From an uncultured delta proteobacterium (GTDB lineage Bacteria; Desulfobacterota; Binatia; UBA9968): a stretch of DNA of 64,000 nucleotides. The first letter of the stretch is position 1. Each line of letters opens with the position of its first letter. Below the pieces are notes generated by a model. The model saw only the letters and a list, made by a program, of their open reading frames with translations, made no database searches and was not told the origin of the DNA. The stretch lies in contig CAVUZH010000014.1 of the NCBI GenBank assembly GCA_963745835.1, forward strand, positions 192,001 through 256,000, written 5' to 3'. The translations under genes and the position numbers were made by a program. Of the stretch, positions 33,521 to 43,519 are shown one piece after another.

Positions 33521-33847
33521 ATGAAGAACGAACTGCAAAATCTCACTGAAGATATTTCCCGCCTATATGAAGAAATCACCCAGAAAACCGAATCGCTGGG
33601 ACAGATTGATAGCATCACTCGGCTTTATGATGAGTTACAAACTCAATTGCTCGGTATCTCGACCGAGGAGGTCGATCTCCTCCAAACACAGATTAAGTCG
33701 ACGTTGGAACAGATGGTCGGAATCAGCAAGAGCCTGGGCGTAATAAAGACGCTGAAAATCACGCTGAACAGCAACGATGAAGTCCTGGAGAGTGTAAAGA
33801 AGACCCAGACCAATACGGCTACGCGGCGTTCGTTGGAAGATCGTTAG
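33521..33847 (+). CDS. Coiled-coil hypothetical protein
   Basis: 108-aa heptad-rich ORF in operon; ITRLYDEL / ISRLYEEI repeat. Confidence 0.75.
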   Translation: MKNELQNLTEDISRLYEEITQKTESLGQIDSITRLYDELQTQLLGISTEEVDLLQTQIKSTLEQMVGISKSLGVIKTLKITLNSNDEVLESVKKTQTNTATRRSLEDR

Positions 33848-33877
33848 ACCTTACCTTTATATATACCGGGAATAGAG

Positions 33878-34672
33878 ATGCAAGGAAACCTCTCACAAAT
33901 CAGTCTCAATGATATTTTGATGCTCGCTACCGGCGGCAAGAAGTCCGGCGTTCTTAAACTCTCTCGCGGAAAGGAGACAGTAGAAGTTTATCTCGTCGAT
34001 GGCAGCATTATTCACGCCACATGTCCGATTGGGGATGGAGAAAAGGCGCTTCTGTATCCGGTAACGTGGGGAGAAGGTAACTTCGCTTTACTGCCTGCAG
34101 GAACTCCCCCGTCGGCGACCATAAAGAAGTCGTCATCTGAAATCCTCGACGAAGTGAAGGCAATGAGTCGCGAATGGGAGAACATTCTCGAAATCATTCC
34201 GTCCGGGAAGACCATTCTTCGTATAGCTGATTTGGGTGAGGAACAAAACGGTCCGGTAACTGTTCCCCACGTTGGCTGGCGAGTGCTCAGCAAAATCGAC
34301 GGCAACCGCTCAGTTCAGGAAATCGCCGAAACTCTTAGAATCCCTTATGCCTATACGGCCAAAGTTATCTTCAACCTACAAAGGTCCGGCTTGGTTGAAA
34401 TTGTTGCACCATCGTCCCGACCGGCAACTGATTTGGTCCCGCCAACGGCAATGGGGCGCGTCGTAGGACTCCTCACTGAGATTATGGGTCCCATGGCATC
34501 GCTCGTCGTACGCGATCAAATCGAAGCACTCGGTGAAACGCAATCTCAATTCCCGGAATCCAAGCTCCATGATTTGATTGAACATGTCGCTAAGGAAATC
34601 GGCGACGTAAAGCTCCGGCAGAAGTTTGAAGACTCTGCCTATCAGGAGATCTCCAATCTCAAACGATTCTAG
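33878..34672 (+). CDS. DUF4388 (PATAN-like) domain protein
   Basis: MQGNLSQISLNDIL...KKSGVLKL...G.IIHA...WGEGNF; WRVLSKIDGNRSVQEIA winged helix. Confidence 0.85.
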   Translation: MQGNLSQISLNDILMLATGGKKSGVLKLSRGKETVEVYLVDGSIIHATCPIGDGEKALLYPVTWGEGNFALLPAGTPPSATIKKSSSEILDEVKAMSREWENILEIIPSGKTILRIADLGEEQNGPVTVPHVGWRVLSKIDGNRSVQEIAETLRIPYAYTAKVIFNLQRSGLVEIVAPSSRPATDLVPPTAMGRVVGLLTEIMGPMASLVVRDQIEALGETQSQFPESKLHDLIEHVAKEIGDVKLRQKFEDSAYQEISNLKRF

Positions 34673-34696
34673 TAATCCTGCAATCGATTCGGAGGA

Positions 34697-35482
34697 ATGA
34701 TGTCACAAGAATCCATCTCAATTGAGGCGACAAAGGTCAATAAGCCGCTGAATATATCATGGCAAGGAAGCGGCCTCAGGTGGAAGATCAGCGTTGCATT
34801 TAGCGGCTTAATTCTACTGCTCGGAGTGCTGGTCATTGGGATTGTCTATTTCTTGACGGATAAAGCTTTGCACCGACAAGTTGACCTTCGCGCGATGGCA
34901 ATCGCCACCAATTTAAGTGACGCGTCAGCGGCTTATGTATCCCGGCGGAACACCCTTGAATTGGACGTCTTAATCGCGAAATACGGTCGTCTCGATGGTG
35001 TGGCGTACGCCTATATCCAAGACCCCAAGGGAGAGATCGTCGCGACGAGTCTTCAGCCGTTCCCAGCCGAGCTAAAAGATCCAGCCGCGGTGGAACGTCG
35101 CACGGCCAATTCGCGCGTGACGAACATTCGCGGAAAATCGATTTACGACACTCGGGTTCCCCTTCTTGAAGGTCAGCTCGGCACCGTTCATGTAGGCCTT
35201 TGGGCGGATTCAGTCCAGGCAGACGTTCGTGGGACGGTATTCACAATAATTACTTTGATCGCCGGGTGCCTTGCGGTTGGTATCGTTCTCTCGCTTCTGC
35301 TCGCCGCAAAGGCGATTCGACCTCTACTGGATTTGAAGGCAAGCGCGGATGAGATTAGCCGGGGGCAGCTGGACACGCCGGTCACAATCCAATCTACAGA
35401 TGAGATCGGCGAGCTGGCGCGATCACTCGAGCGCATGAGAGCAAGCCTCAAAGCGGCAATGGTCAGATTGAATCGCGAATAG
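34697..35482 (+). CDS. Two-TM sensor with C-terminal HAMP domain and no output domain
   Basis: TM-periplasmic-TM then RPLLDLKASADEISRGQLDTPV...DEIGELARSLERMRASL, ending right after. Confidence 0.85.
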   Translation: MMSQESISIEATKVNKPLNISWQGSGLRWKISVAFSGLILLLGVLVIGIVYFLTDKALHRQVDLRAMAIATNLSDASAAYVSRRNTLELDVLIAKYGRLDGVAYAYIQDPKGEIVATSLQPFPAELKDPAAVERRTANSRVTNIRGKSIYDTRVPLLEGQLGTVHVGLWADSVQADVRGTVFTIITLIAGCLAVGIVLSLLLAAKAIRPLLDLKASADEISRGQLDTPVTIQSTDEIGELARSLERMRASLKAAMVRLNRE

Positions 35483-35518
35483 GTGTTCGGAGGACTCGAT
35501 AAAATGGGAGGATCCAAA

Positions 35519-36943
35519 ATGCTGCAATTTCTCAAACAGACCTTAACAAGGGTGCTTACACTGACTGCCTTGGCTGCGCTCCCTTTCGGCGCTGTGGTGA
35601 GTGATACGAACTCTGCAGAAAGTACTGCAACCCAACCGCTCAGAAAAGTGATGATCGGCTATAGCGCCATTTCACCAAGTCAAGCGCCGGCTTGGATCGC
35701 GCAGGATCAGGGATTTTTCCGCAAGTACGGGTTGGACTCACAGCTTCTTTTCGTTGAGGGAGGGAGCCGGACCGTTCAGACGCTTATATCAGGTGATGTG
35801 CTCGCTGCTCAGGTAGCAGGGTCATCTGTGCTTCAAAGCAATCTGCAAGGATCCGGAGTCGTAATGGTTGCCGGATTTCTCAATACGATGGATTACAAGT
35901 TGATCGTATCGCGTGACATTACCAGACCGGATCAACTCAAAGGCAAAATAATGGCAGTCAGTCGCATTGGCTCTTCTTCGGACTTTGCAACTCGGTATGC
36001 GCTTGAGAAATACGGATTAACGCCGGATAAGGACGTCGCTATTGTTCAGATCGGTAGTCAACCAGCCCGCTTCTCAGCCTTAGAAAGCGGCAAAATACAC
36101 GGCGTTATGATCGCTATCCCATTGACTGCTAAAGCAAAAAAGATGGGGCTGAACACTCTGGCGGACCTTCAAATGCTCGGACTTGAATACCAGCATACGG
36201 GGCTGGCCTTTAGTCAAGACACCATAAAAAAACAACCGGAGCTCGTTCGCAACGTCTTAAAAGCTTTTGTCGAGAGTATTCATTTCATGAAGACCCGGCG
36301 GCAAGAGACAATTGGAATTTTGGCGAAGTATCTGAAATCCGACGATATGGAGGCTTTAGATGAAGCCTACGATTCTGTCCTTAATTCACTGATTCCAGAA
36401 AAGCCCTATCCAACAATTAAAGGAATTCAAATCATGCTCCGCGAAATGGGTATCAAAGAACCCGCAGCTCGAAGTGCGCGCCCTGACCAGTTCGTAGATC
36501 TGTCGTTCATGAAAGAACTCGACAGTTCTGGGTTCGTTGATCATCTGTATAAGACCCAAAGCCTTGCTAAAGCGGCGCCACGCGCTATTCCTGCGCCGGT
36601 GGTAGTTGCCGCCAAGGAGAAGCCCGTAACCGTAGATACGAAGGTAAAACCGGCTGCAGTAGAGAATAAAGCTAATGAGGTCGCTAACGTCATTGCGCCA
36701 GCGCCAGAAAAGACGCAGCTCTCGGTAGCTAGTACTGCTAAGCCGCTCAAACCCGCCAGCTCTGTCGATCAGCACTACGTCGTCAAAGTCGGCGATACCC
36801 TCAGCAAATTGGCTGAGCGCTTCTACAATTCTACATCTAAATGGGAGAAGATTTTTGAAGCAAACCGAGAAAATCTCAAAAATCCTAATTACATCTACGT
36901 GGGAATGAAGCTGGTAATTCCTGCTGACGATCAGGCAAGCTAA
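35519..36943 (+). CDS. NitT/TauT-family substrate-binding protein fused to LysM domain
   Basis: WIAQDQGFFRKYGLD, LKGKIMAVSRIGSSSD; C-terminal YVVKVGDTLSKLAERFY...WEKIFEAN..PNYIYVGMKLVIP. Confidence 0.88.
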   Translation: MLQFLKQTLTRVLTLTALAALPFGAVVSDTNSAESTATQPLRKVMIGYSAISPSQAPAWIAQDQGFFRKYGLDSQLLFVEGGSRTVQTLISGDVLAAQVAGSSVLQSNLQGSGVVMVAGFLNTMDYKLIVSRDITRPDQLKGKIMAVSRIGSSSDFATRYALEKYGLTPDKDVAIVQIGSQPARFSALESGKIHGVMIAIPLTAKAKKMGLNTLADLQMLGLEYQHTGLAFSQDTIKKQPELVRNVLKAFVESIHFMKTRRQETIGILAKYLKSDDMEALDEAYDSVLNSLIPEKPYPTIKGIQIMLREMGIKEPAARSARPDQFVDLSFMKELDSSGFVDHLYKTQSLAKAAPRAIPAPVVVAAKEKPVTVDTKVKPAAVENKANEVANVIAPAPEKTQLSVASTAKPLKPASSVDQHYVVKVGDTLSKLAERFYNSTSKWEKIFEANRENLKNPNYIYVGMKLVIPADDQAS

Positions 36944-36965
36944 TTCAGCAGAAGAGCCATCGAAC

Positions 36966-37008
36966 AAAGGGGCCGAACGGATCGATACCGTTGGGCCCCT
37001 TTTTTCTT
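36966..37008 (+). terminator. Rho-independent terminator
   Basis: AAAGGGGCC-G-AACGG...CCGTT-G-GGCCCCTTT followed by T run. Confidence 0.8.
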
Positions 37009-37091
37009 TGGGCTCATAAGTTAATCTTCGGGTCTAGGTTCGGAGTACGAACTTGGCTTCGGCTCCCCGCCGCAACCTTTAGCGAGTTTTA

Positions 37092-38084
37092 CTAGGTCAA
37101 AACTTTCAGGTCCTGAAATTCCTCAATAACGCGAAAATTCTTTTGCAACCGCTCCAGGTTCTCGCCGATCTGTTCAATGCTCTCATAGTTGACGTTGCCT
37201 AGAAACTCCCCCGCTTCAGCCAAATACTTAATTTTCTTTGGTTCGATTTTCATCAACCTGGCTGCGGTCGCGTCCACGGCGACAAGATCTTCACCAAAAA
37301 TCAAAACCCCGCTATCTATTGCCTGGCCTTGTAAAGGTCCATTCCCTTCCATCCCAACGATGCCATCGACAATCGCAAACTGCCGAACCGGCAGCGAGCT
37401 ATTGATATCCAGAATGCTATTGTGAATTCCCTGCCAATGAAGAATGTTTTTGGGCCAGCCATAAACCGAGCCCGGAACCACACCGAACATGTTTTTCAAC
37501 GATAGCGTGACCCCCGCCCAATGATGTGTTTTTAACTTGGGCATCGATACTAGTAGATCGGCATTGTAGAGAGTCTCCGGCAGATAAAGCTGCTCCAATT
37601 TAGTAAAACTACTAAGCAGGCGCGTCGCCCGTACATCGTCGCTATTCAAATCAACGTAAGGAACACGGTGCTCCTTTATTACGCCGTAAATGCCAGACGC
37701 GGTGAGAAGGTACTCGTTGTCACGACGATGTCCCGGGCCTTCAGCGACCAAGACTTGTCGGGCGCCGAGCGTCCGAAAGCAATCTATGGCAGCTTCGATA
37801 ACTAACGGATTAGTATTGATAACTCCATGGGGGTCAAATTCGACAAGATTCGGCTTGAGAAGGATCGTTTTTCCTCTTACCTCCAACCCGCAAAGGCTTA
37901 CCCCTTTTGTTATGATCTCCCGCAGCGATAAGTCATAGCGCAAGGCTTGCAGAACCGCCACCTGCGATATCCTCTCTTTGCGAAATGCTTCTGCGCGCCA
38001 CCTATGACTCTGACCACAGCCGCCAACGAAAGGAGTGACAGTGGCAAGGGCTGAATACTTGAGGAAGCTTCGCCGATTTATCAT
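37092..38084 (-). CDS. DUF362 domain protein, Tat-exported
   Basis: NRRSFLK Tat motif; ILLKPNLV, PKLKTHHWAGVTLSLKNMFG, DGIVGMEGNGP, DLVAVD. Confidence 0.88.
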   Translation of the reverse strand: MINRRSFLKYSALATVTPFVGGCGQSHRWRAEAFRKERISQVAVLQALRYDLSLREIITKGVSLCGLEVRGKTILLKPNLVEFDPHGVINTNPLVIEAAIDCFRTLGARQVLVAEGPGHRRDNEYLLTASGIYGVIKEHRVPYVDLNSDDVRATRLLSSFTKLEQLYLPETLYNADLLVSMPKLKTHHWAGVTLSLKNMFGVVPGSVYGWPKNILHWQGIHNSILDINSSLPVRQFAIVDGIVGMEGNGPLQGQAIDSGVLIFGEDLVAVDATAARLMKIEPKKIKYLAEAGEFLGNVNYESIEQIGENLERLQKNFRVIEEFQDLKVLT

Positions 38085-38087
38085 TGT

Positions 38088-38987
38088 CTACAATCTAAAA
38101 GCTTTGACATGATCGAGCGAGGCAACAAGGGCTAATGCAAGTGTTTTCGTTTCACCGAGAAAGCCCGTCGTTTGAAACCTTTTTTCGATTTGTCGCTTCC
38201 ATCCGGATATCTCGTCGCCATAGATAGACAAGCAGATAGTTCCCCAACATAACGCTAATCCGGAATCGGTTTCTTGCATCATCTTTCGCAGCGCACTGAC
38301 ACTCTCCTGATTAGCTTGATTGAGTTGGTGGTCTTGCAAGGCAATCAATGCCACCGCCGTCACGTCAGGATAAGGCCACAGCGCATCGCCAAAAACCTTC
38401 GAGTTACCATAGTTCCAGCCGCCGCCACTGCACATACGATCATAAATCATCATCTCGCCTTGCTGAATTCGTTCCTCTAGATTCTTGGCGGCAACATGGG
38501 TTCGTACTTGCTTCAAGGCAACAAGAGCGTAGCTGGTGGGCTCGACCCAACTAAATGTTCGCGGAACCCAAGCCCACCCTTTCAGATCCGGATTCAAAGC
38601 AACGGTATTACTATGAGTTACGAATGCCCCAATTAAGCGAGCCAGTACGCCTGGGGTCCTACCCTCCTGTTTCAACAGCCAATCAGACGCCGTTCTCGTT
38701 TTTAGCTGATATTCCCGGAATCGGTTTAGCGCTATGATCGCCAGAGCAGTCGTCCAAGAAGCCTCATTTGTAGAATCACTGAGTGGCCAACTGCCATCCG
38801 CGCGTTGACGTTGAACCAGCCAGTCCAAGCCTCGCTTTGTACTTGCCACCGGCTGCTTCGCTCCGAGACTGTCCAAAGCCAGTAAGCACAGAGATGTACA
38901 TTCCGTGTTACTGCTCTTGCCTGGCAAAAACCCCCAGCCTCCGTCTTGGTTCTGCCCGCTTAATATTCGCTCGACGAGGTCATCCAT
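38088..38987 (-). CDS. Prenyltransferase/squalene-oxidase repeat protein
   Basis: QNQDGGWG, QRADGSW, GGGWNYGN QW-type repeats. Confidence 0.8.
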   Translation of the reverse strand: MDDLVERILSGQNQDGGWGFLPGKSSNTECTSLCLLALDSLGAKQPVASTKRGLDWLVQRQRADGSWPLSDSTNEASWTTALAIIALNRFREYQLKTRTASDWLLKQEGRTPGVLARLIGAFVTHSNTVALNPDLKGWAWVPRTFSWVEPTSYALVALKQVRTHVAAKNLEERIQQGEMMIYDRMCSGGGWNYGNSKVFGDALWPYPDVTAVALIALQDHQLNQANQESVSALRKMMQETDSGLALCWGTICLSIYGDEISGWKRQIEKRFQTTGFLGETKTLALALVASLDHVKAFRL

Positions 38988-39512
38988 CTAGAACTTCCAC
39001 TGAGTTCGTATATAAACAGCAGCAACGCATCGGCCTGTCGTACCGATAACTCAAGCTACTACCATATTATATTACGACAGCAGAATTTTGACATCACCAG
39101 AACAACCAACCGCCGGAACCGTGGGACAGGATTAAGTGGCGATCCTGTTCGAACCTCCAACATTCACTTTATTATATCTCAAGTAGAGCTTACTGCCATA
39201 AGATGCCACAAGAATGCACCGTGGAAATATCCGCACCGTTCGCGCAACGGGTGCGGAATGCGATGCGGGACCGGCACGCCGCCTACCCGTCGGAAGCCTC
39301 CTTGTCTTATACAGAAACGGTGCATAAGCGAGTATGGCTTTTCATCCATCGCTCGATGAGGTAAGAGAGCTTCAACATCCGTAACGATCACTCGTTGACC
39401 TTACGGATGGTTTCTTCGGGTATGCTTACAAATGGGCGCACGTATGATGATGTAGCATCGCCATAGCCGCACCCGATTCAGTGGTAAATAAATCAAAAGA
39501 ATGGAGTTTTCG

Positions 39513-40224
39513 ATGTCCGGATGGAAGGCCCGCATCGGCTATTTATCACCTTCGTTTTTTGAAACCCCCCTCGGACTGGGATCTGATCCTCCCAAAAGGA
39601 TTTACCATCGTCTCCTCAGGACTGAACGTCCAATCCCATACTGAGGCGGAATTCGATAAAGCCATCGACGCCTTGGGAGTGGGTCTCGGTATCTTCGCGG
39701 CCGAAGAGTGCGATGTCGTTCTCATGGGGGGTATCGCATTGGGAACCCAGCGTGGTTACGCCGCCGAGCAACAGGTGGTTGCCGAACTATCGCGACAAGT
39801 TGGTTTGCCGGTGAGCACGGCGATGAGCGCCACCGTGGAGGCGATGAAACATTTAGAAATCCGTAGCACAGTGATCGCAACAGCCTATAAAGAAACTATC
39901 AACCAGGCGGTGAAGAAATATTACGAAGACGGCGGACTCGAGGTGTTGGCTATTAAACGGTTAGAGGTTTCCAAACCCGTGGAACAGGTCAAGCTGCCGG
40001 ATTATGCCTCCTATAAAGTTGCGCGCGAGCTTTATCGGCAGCATTCAACGACTGACAGTCTGCTGATCCAAGGACGTTGACGCTCAGTCGCGTACATTCA
40101 GGAGCTCGAAGACGATACGCAAAAACCTGCGATATCGAGCACGGCGGCCTCGCTCTGGTGGGTCATGCACGTTCTTGGAATCAAAGTCCCGATCCCGCGC
40201 TTCGGCAAACTTTTGCGCGGCTAA
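39513..40224 (+). pseudogene. Maleate isomerase/arylmalonate decarboxylase (Asp/Glu racemase) family pseudogene
   Basis: MSGWKARIGYLSPS start with GGAG RBS; extra C in C6 run near 39565; in-frame TGA at 40078 before RSVAYIQELEDDTQKPAISSTAASLW. Confidence 0.75.
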
Positions 40225-40256
40225 GGTCAGCAGCTCTACTAAGTTGCCCAAAGTTC

Positions 40257-40565
40257 CTAGTGATGCGCGCGTAGCTCCGCAGCGGTGAATGGTCCGACGC
40301 CCATGATCTGATGGACGTCCCATTCATAGAGTTCGTAGGCGCAAAAACCCGCTGCCGTATACGGATCGGTACTGGCAATTTCCTCGGCTTGAGCTTTGGA
40401 TCCGGCCCTGATCACATAGATGCCGAACTTTCGATCAGGTGTAGGACCTGAAAAAAGGATGGAGCCGTTATCGTGCTGTTGCTTCATCCAAACTAGGTGC
40501 TGGTCGAGATTGACTGTCCAGTCCTCGCGTGGCTTTACAGGACGACGCATAACTAAATACCACAT
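40257..40565 (-). CDS. YciI family protein
   Basis: QHLVWM, LFSGP, DPY motifs; AAGGAG RBS. Confidence 0.85.
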   Translation of the reverse strand: MWYLVMRRPVKPREDWTVNLDQHLVWMKQQHDNGSILFSGPTPDRKFGIYVIRAGSKAQAEEIASTDPYTAAGFCAYELYEWDVHQIMGVGPFTAAELRAHH

Positions 40566-40945
40566 AGCATACTCCTTAATCTAAATTGAATTAAATTGGT
40601 GGATCGAAACATGTTCGAACACAATTATGGATACTTCCTCTAATTGACCGTGTCAAGATCGGGCAATACCTTACCTGCCGAGTGTGATCGCAATTATACC
40701 GCCGATTACAGCAAGGTATCGAGCGAGGTCCTCCCATTGAGCTCTTCCCTGTCCGGCAGTAGCCGGTCAACAGCCCGTACGAGACACCTGCAAGTGAGAT
40801 GAGCTCAACAGGCATGGCAAAACAATGTGTTTGGGTGTACTAGACCAGCTGAATTGAGTCAAAGGTGAAGGTGAAAAGATCGTTTAACTCAGCCCGCCTT
40901 TAGCGTATACTATGCCGAATTTTAATCGAATATTCAGGAGAGATT

Positions 40946-42499
40946 ATGGGCCGACTCGTCATTGTTTTGCTGATGCTGCTTTTGGTCAATCTGGGAGCGT
41001 CCGACTTGCGGGCGCAGGACCAAATCCGTGATTTGGTCGTCAAGATTCACGCGGTTCATCACACCCCCGATGTGTTGCGTCCCTGGAGCCGAAACACACC
41101 GCAACAGATTAAGGGTTCGGGAGTGGTCATCGACGGTAACCGCATTCTCACCAACGCACACGTGGTTCGCTATGCAAGCCAGATCTACGTCCAGCCCAAT
41201 CAATCGTCGCAGCATTTACCGGCACGGGTTGATGCCATTACCCCATCGATGGACCTGGCCATCTTGAAGTTGGACGATGAAGCTTTTTTTGAGAAGCGTG
41301 GTTCGCTTCCTTTTGCCAAAGAGCTACCTCGCGTCAAAGACAACATCAACGTTTACGGCTATCCGACTGGTGGCACAGAGCTTTCAGTAACTCAAGGAAT
41401 TGTTTCGCGCATCGAATACACCGACTATTACTATCAGGCGGCAGGTCTACGCATCCAGGTCGATGCGGCGCTCAATTTCGGCAACAGCGGTGGACCCGCC
41501 GTCTCGGACGGAAAACTTGTCGGCTTGGTGTTTAGCTTGATTCAAAACGCGCAGAACATCGGCTATCTAATCCCTGTGGAGGAGATTCAACTATTTCTCG
41601 ACGATATGAAGGACGGCGTATACGACGGCAAACCACAAACGCATGATCTAATACAAACGGTAGAGAATGCAGCGCTCCGGCAGAGGCTCGGGTTGCCTAA
41701 AGAGCTAAGCGGGGTCATGGTAGCACAACCTTATCGGGACGACGATGCTTACCCTTTGAAGGAGTGGGACGTCATCACGCACATCGGCGGCACCCCAGTC
41801 GATAGCGACGGCAAAGTGGCAGTGCGCTATGATCTCCGGTTGTCAGCCTCTTATCTGGCGCAGAAATTCGCCAAAAACGGTGTGTTGCCACTGACGATCT
41901 ATCGAGACGGCAAGTTGGCTCAGATTGAATTGCCCGTTAAAACACGACGCGAGCTGGTCATTCCTTACCTTTTGAATTCGAATCCCCGCTACTTCATCTT
42001 TGGCCCATTTGTATTCTCCCAGACTACACAAGACTACCTTGAACGGCTTGGTAACCAACGCTCCTCTTCGGCTGGCAGTTTCGGACGGGCCGCCAGCCCG
42101 CTGGTCACCCGGCGTTACGATCGGCCGGCGTTTGATGATGAAGAGCTCGTCATGATTGCCTCTCCCCTGTTTCCTCATCGAATTACTCAAGGCTATGATG
42201 ACCCCAATCGAGGCGTGCTTACCGAAGTCAATAATATCCGTGTGAAGAATCTGCGACACCTCGTGGAGATACTGCGTGATTCGCGGGACCAACAAATCAG
42301 TTTCAAATTCGCCAGCGCCGGCGTGCTCACCCATGAAACAATGGTATTTAATCGATCCGATCTTATCGAAGCTACCGGCAAGATCCTCGAAGAGAACGGT
42401 ATCCGCTATCCCTACTCCGCTGACCTCCGTGCTATTTGGGAAGCTACGGAGATGCAAGCGCCCAAATCAGCTAAAGCGTTTTGTTGTAGTCCCGGGTAG
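40946..42499 (+). CDS. HtrA/DegP-family serine protease with PDZ domains
   Basis: GSGVVI, LTNAHVV, DLAIL, DAALNFGNSGGP; signal peptide. Confidence 0.92.
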   Translation: MGRLVIVLLMLLLVNLGASDLRAQDQIRDLVVKIHAVHHTPDVLRPWSRNTPQQIKGSGVVIDGNRILTNAHVVRYASQIYVQPNQSSQHLPARVDAITPSMDLAILKLDDEAFFEKRGSLPFAKELPRVKDNINVYGYPTGGTELSVTQGIVSRIEYTDYYYQAAGLRIQVDAALNFGNSGGPAVSDGKLVGLVFSLIQNAQNIGYLIPVEEIQLFLDDMKDGVYDGKPQTHDLIQTVENAALRQRLGLPKELSGVMVAQPYRDDDAYPLKEWDVITHIGGTPVDSDGKVAVRYDLRLSASYLAQKFAKNGVLPLTIYRDGKLAQIELPVKTRRELVIPYLLNSNPRYFIFGPFVFSQTTQDYLERLGNQRSSSAGSFGRAASPLVTRRYDRPAFDDEELVMIASPLFPHRITQGYDDPNRGVLTEVNNIRVKNLRHLVEILRDSRDQQISFKFASAGVLTHETMVFNRSDLIEATGKILEENGIRYPYSADLRAIWEATEMQAPKSAKAFCCSPG

Positions 42500-42765
42500 C
42501 CGCTGGATATTCCAGCAATCCCGTAGCTGAGAAAAATGCAGCTCCGGACGATCGGCTTAGCAAACCTGATCGCGGTTTTCAGTCGGACGCTGAACTGTCT
42601 TTACCTGCTCCCGAAATCTCCAGAGCCGTCCGTTGACGATTTCTGCTGTCGTCCTCCCGGGTCACCGAATCTTCACGATTCCGCAGAGGCGCCTCTTCAC
42701 AACTCTGTGCATTGGCTGATATAGCGTGGGGTCAACGCATTGTTCCGAATGAAAGGAGGTCAGCC

Positions 42766-43449
42766 ATGCGGAAAAGATTTTTTTCCTGGCTTGGCAAAGA
42801 TTTTATCGAGCTGTCGGGCGAAGCCCAATCTGCGGCAAGCGCGACCGGCGAGGCCCGGGAACTGTTCCGGCGTTTCGATCAGGAGCTCAGGGCGCATGAG
42901 CTGTCATTAGACAACACCGTGCGTACTCGGCTGTGGGGGCGCGACCGTGAAAGCCGCGATCTAGGAAGCGACGAGCGGGTCAAAGTGCTTTCCGGCAAAG
43001 CACGCTCGGCAAGCTCGAGCTATATCGCTCCCGATTATTTTGATTCTGATGCAAAGATTGCGGTGGACCTACTCGCAATGAAACCGTCCAGGCAAAACAT
43101 GCAAAAGCGCATTGTCGAATACGATCCGCCCATCGTGCCGATTCGGTTCCTGGTTTATGATTCGGTGGTGGTGCTTTCCGGAGTAACGACCGTCCTGCCC
43201 ACGCTCGAACAACAGTTTGACAATATCTTGCCGCGTATTACCGCTTCTTTGAAGGACGGCGGCAGTTCCTGGGAGAGAGTTGCGCGGATTTCCTTTTATC
43301 TGCACCGAAGCCAAACTATCGATAACTTGAAACGGCTATTCAATGACCGCATCAAAGCACCAACAGCTCAACGGGAATACTGCTTTGTCGACGGTTACTC
43401 CTCGGTTGGAAAACTATGCGAGGTCGAAGTAACGGCAACTACAGAATGA
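42766..43449 (+). CDS. RidA/YjgF-like protein (tandem domains)
   Basis: LSLDNTVRTRLW, GGSSWERVARISFYL, GKLCEVEVTA; AGGAGGT RBS. Confidence 0.65.
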   Translation: MRKRFFSWLGKDFIELSGEAQSAASATGEARELFRRFDQELRAHELSLDNTVRTRLWGRDRESRDLGSDERVKVLSGKARSASSSYIAPDYFDSDAKIAVDLLAMKPSRQNMQKRIVEYDPPIVPIRFLVYDSVVVLSGVTTVLPTLEQQFDNILPRITASLKDGGSSWERVARISFYLHRSQTIDNLKRLFNDRIKAPTAQREYCFVDGYSSVGKLCEVEVTATTE

Positions 43450-43519
43450 GATCGGAAAGTCCTTTGCTAAATCAACTTTCGACCGTTTATCAAGCAGTAA
43501 CCGTGTGTTGGGAGTTTCC

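Noticed and set aside
39180-39400. Hairpin TCCGCACC..GGTGCGGA as IS110 bridge RNA or intron remnant
   Set aside because: Single hairpin with no transposase or reverse transcriptase fragment and no recognisable ends
40078-40080. In-frame TGA as possible selenocysteine or readthrough
   Set aside because: The position fits a Trp (TGG>TGA) and the same gene has a separate frameshift near 39565, so pseudogenisation is simpler; no SECIS-like hairpin was recognised
40604-40622. CGAAACATGTTCGAAC as a LexA box
   Set aside because: Spacing does not match GAAC-N4-GTTC or GTTC-N7-GTTC, and flanking genes are not SOS-type
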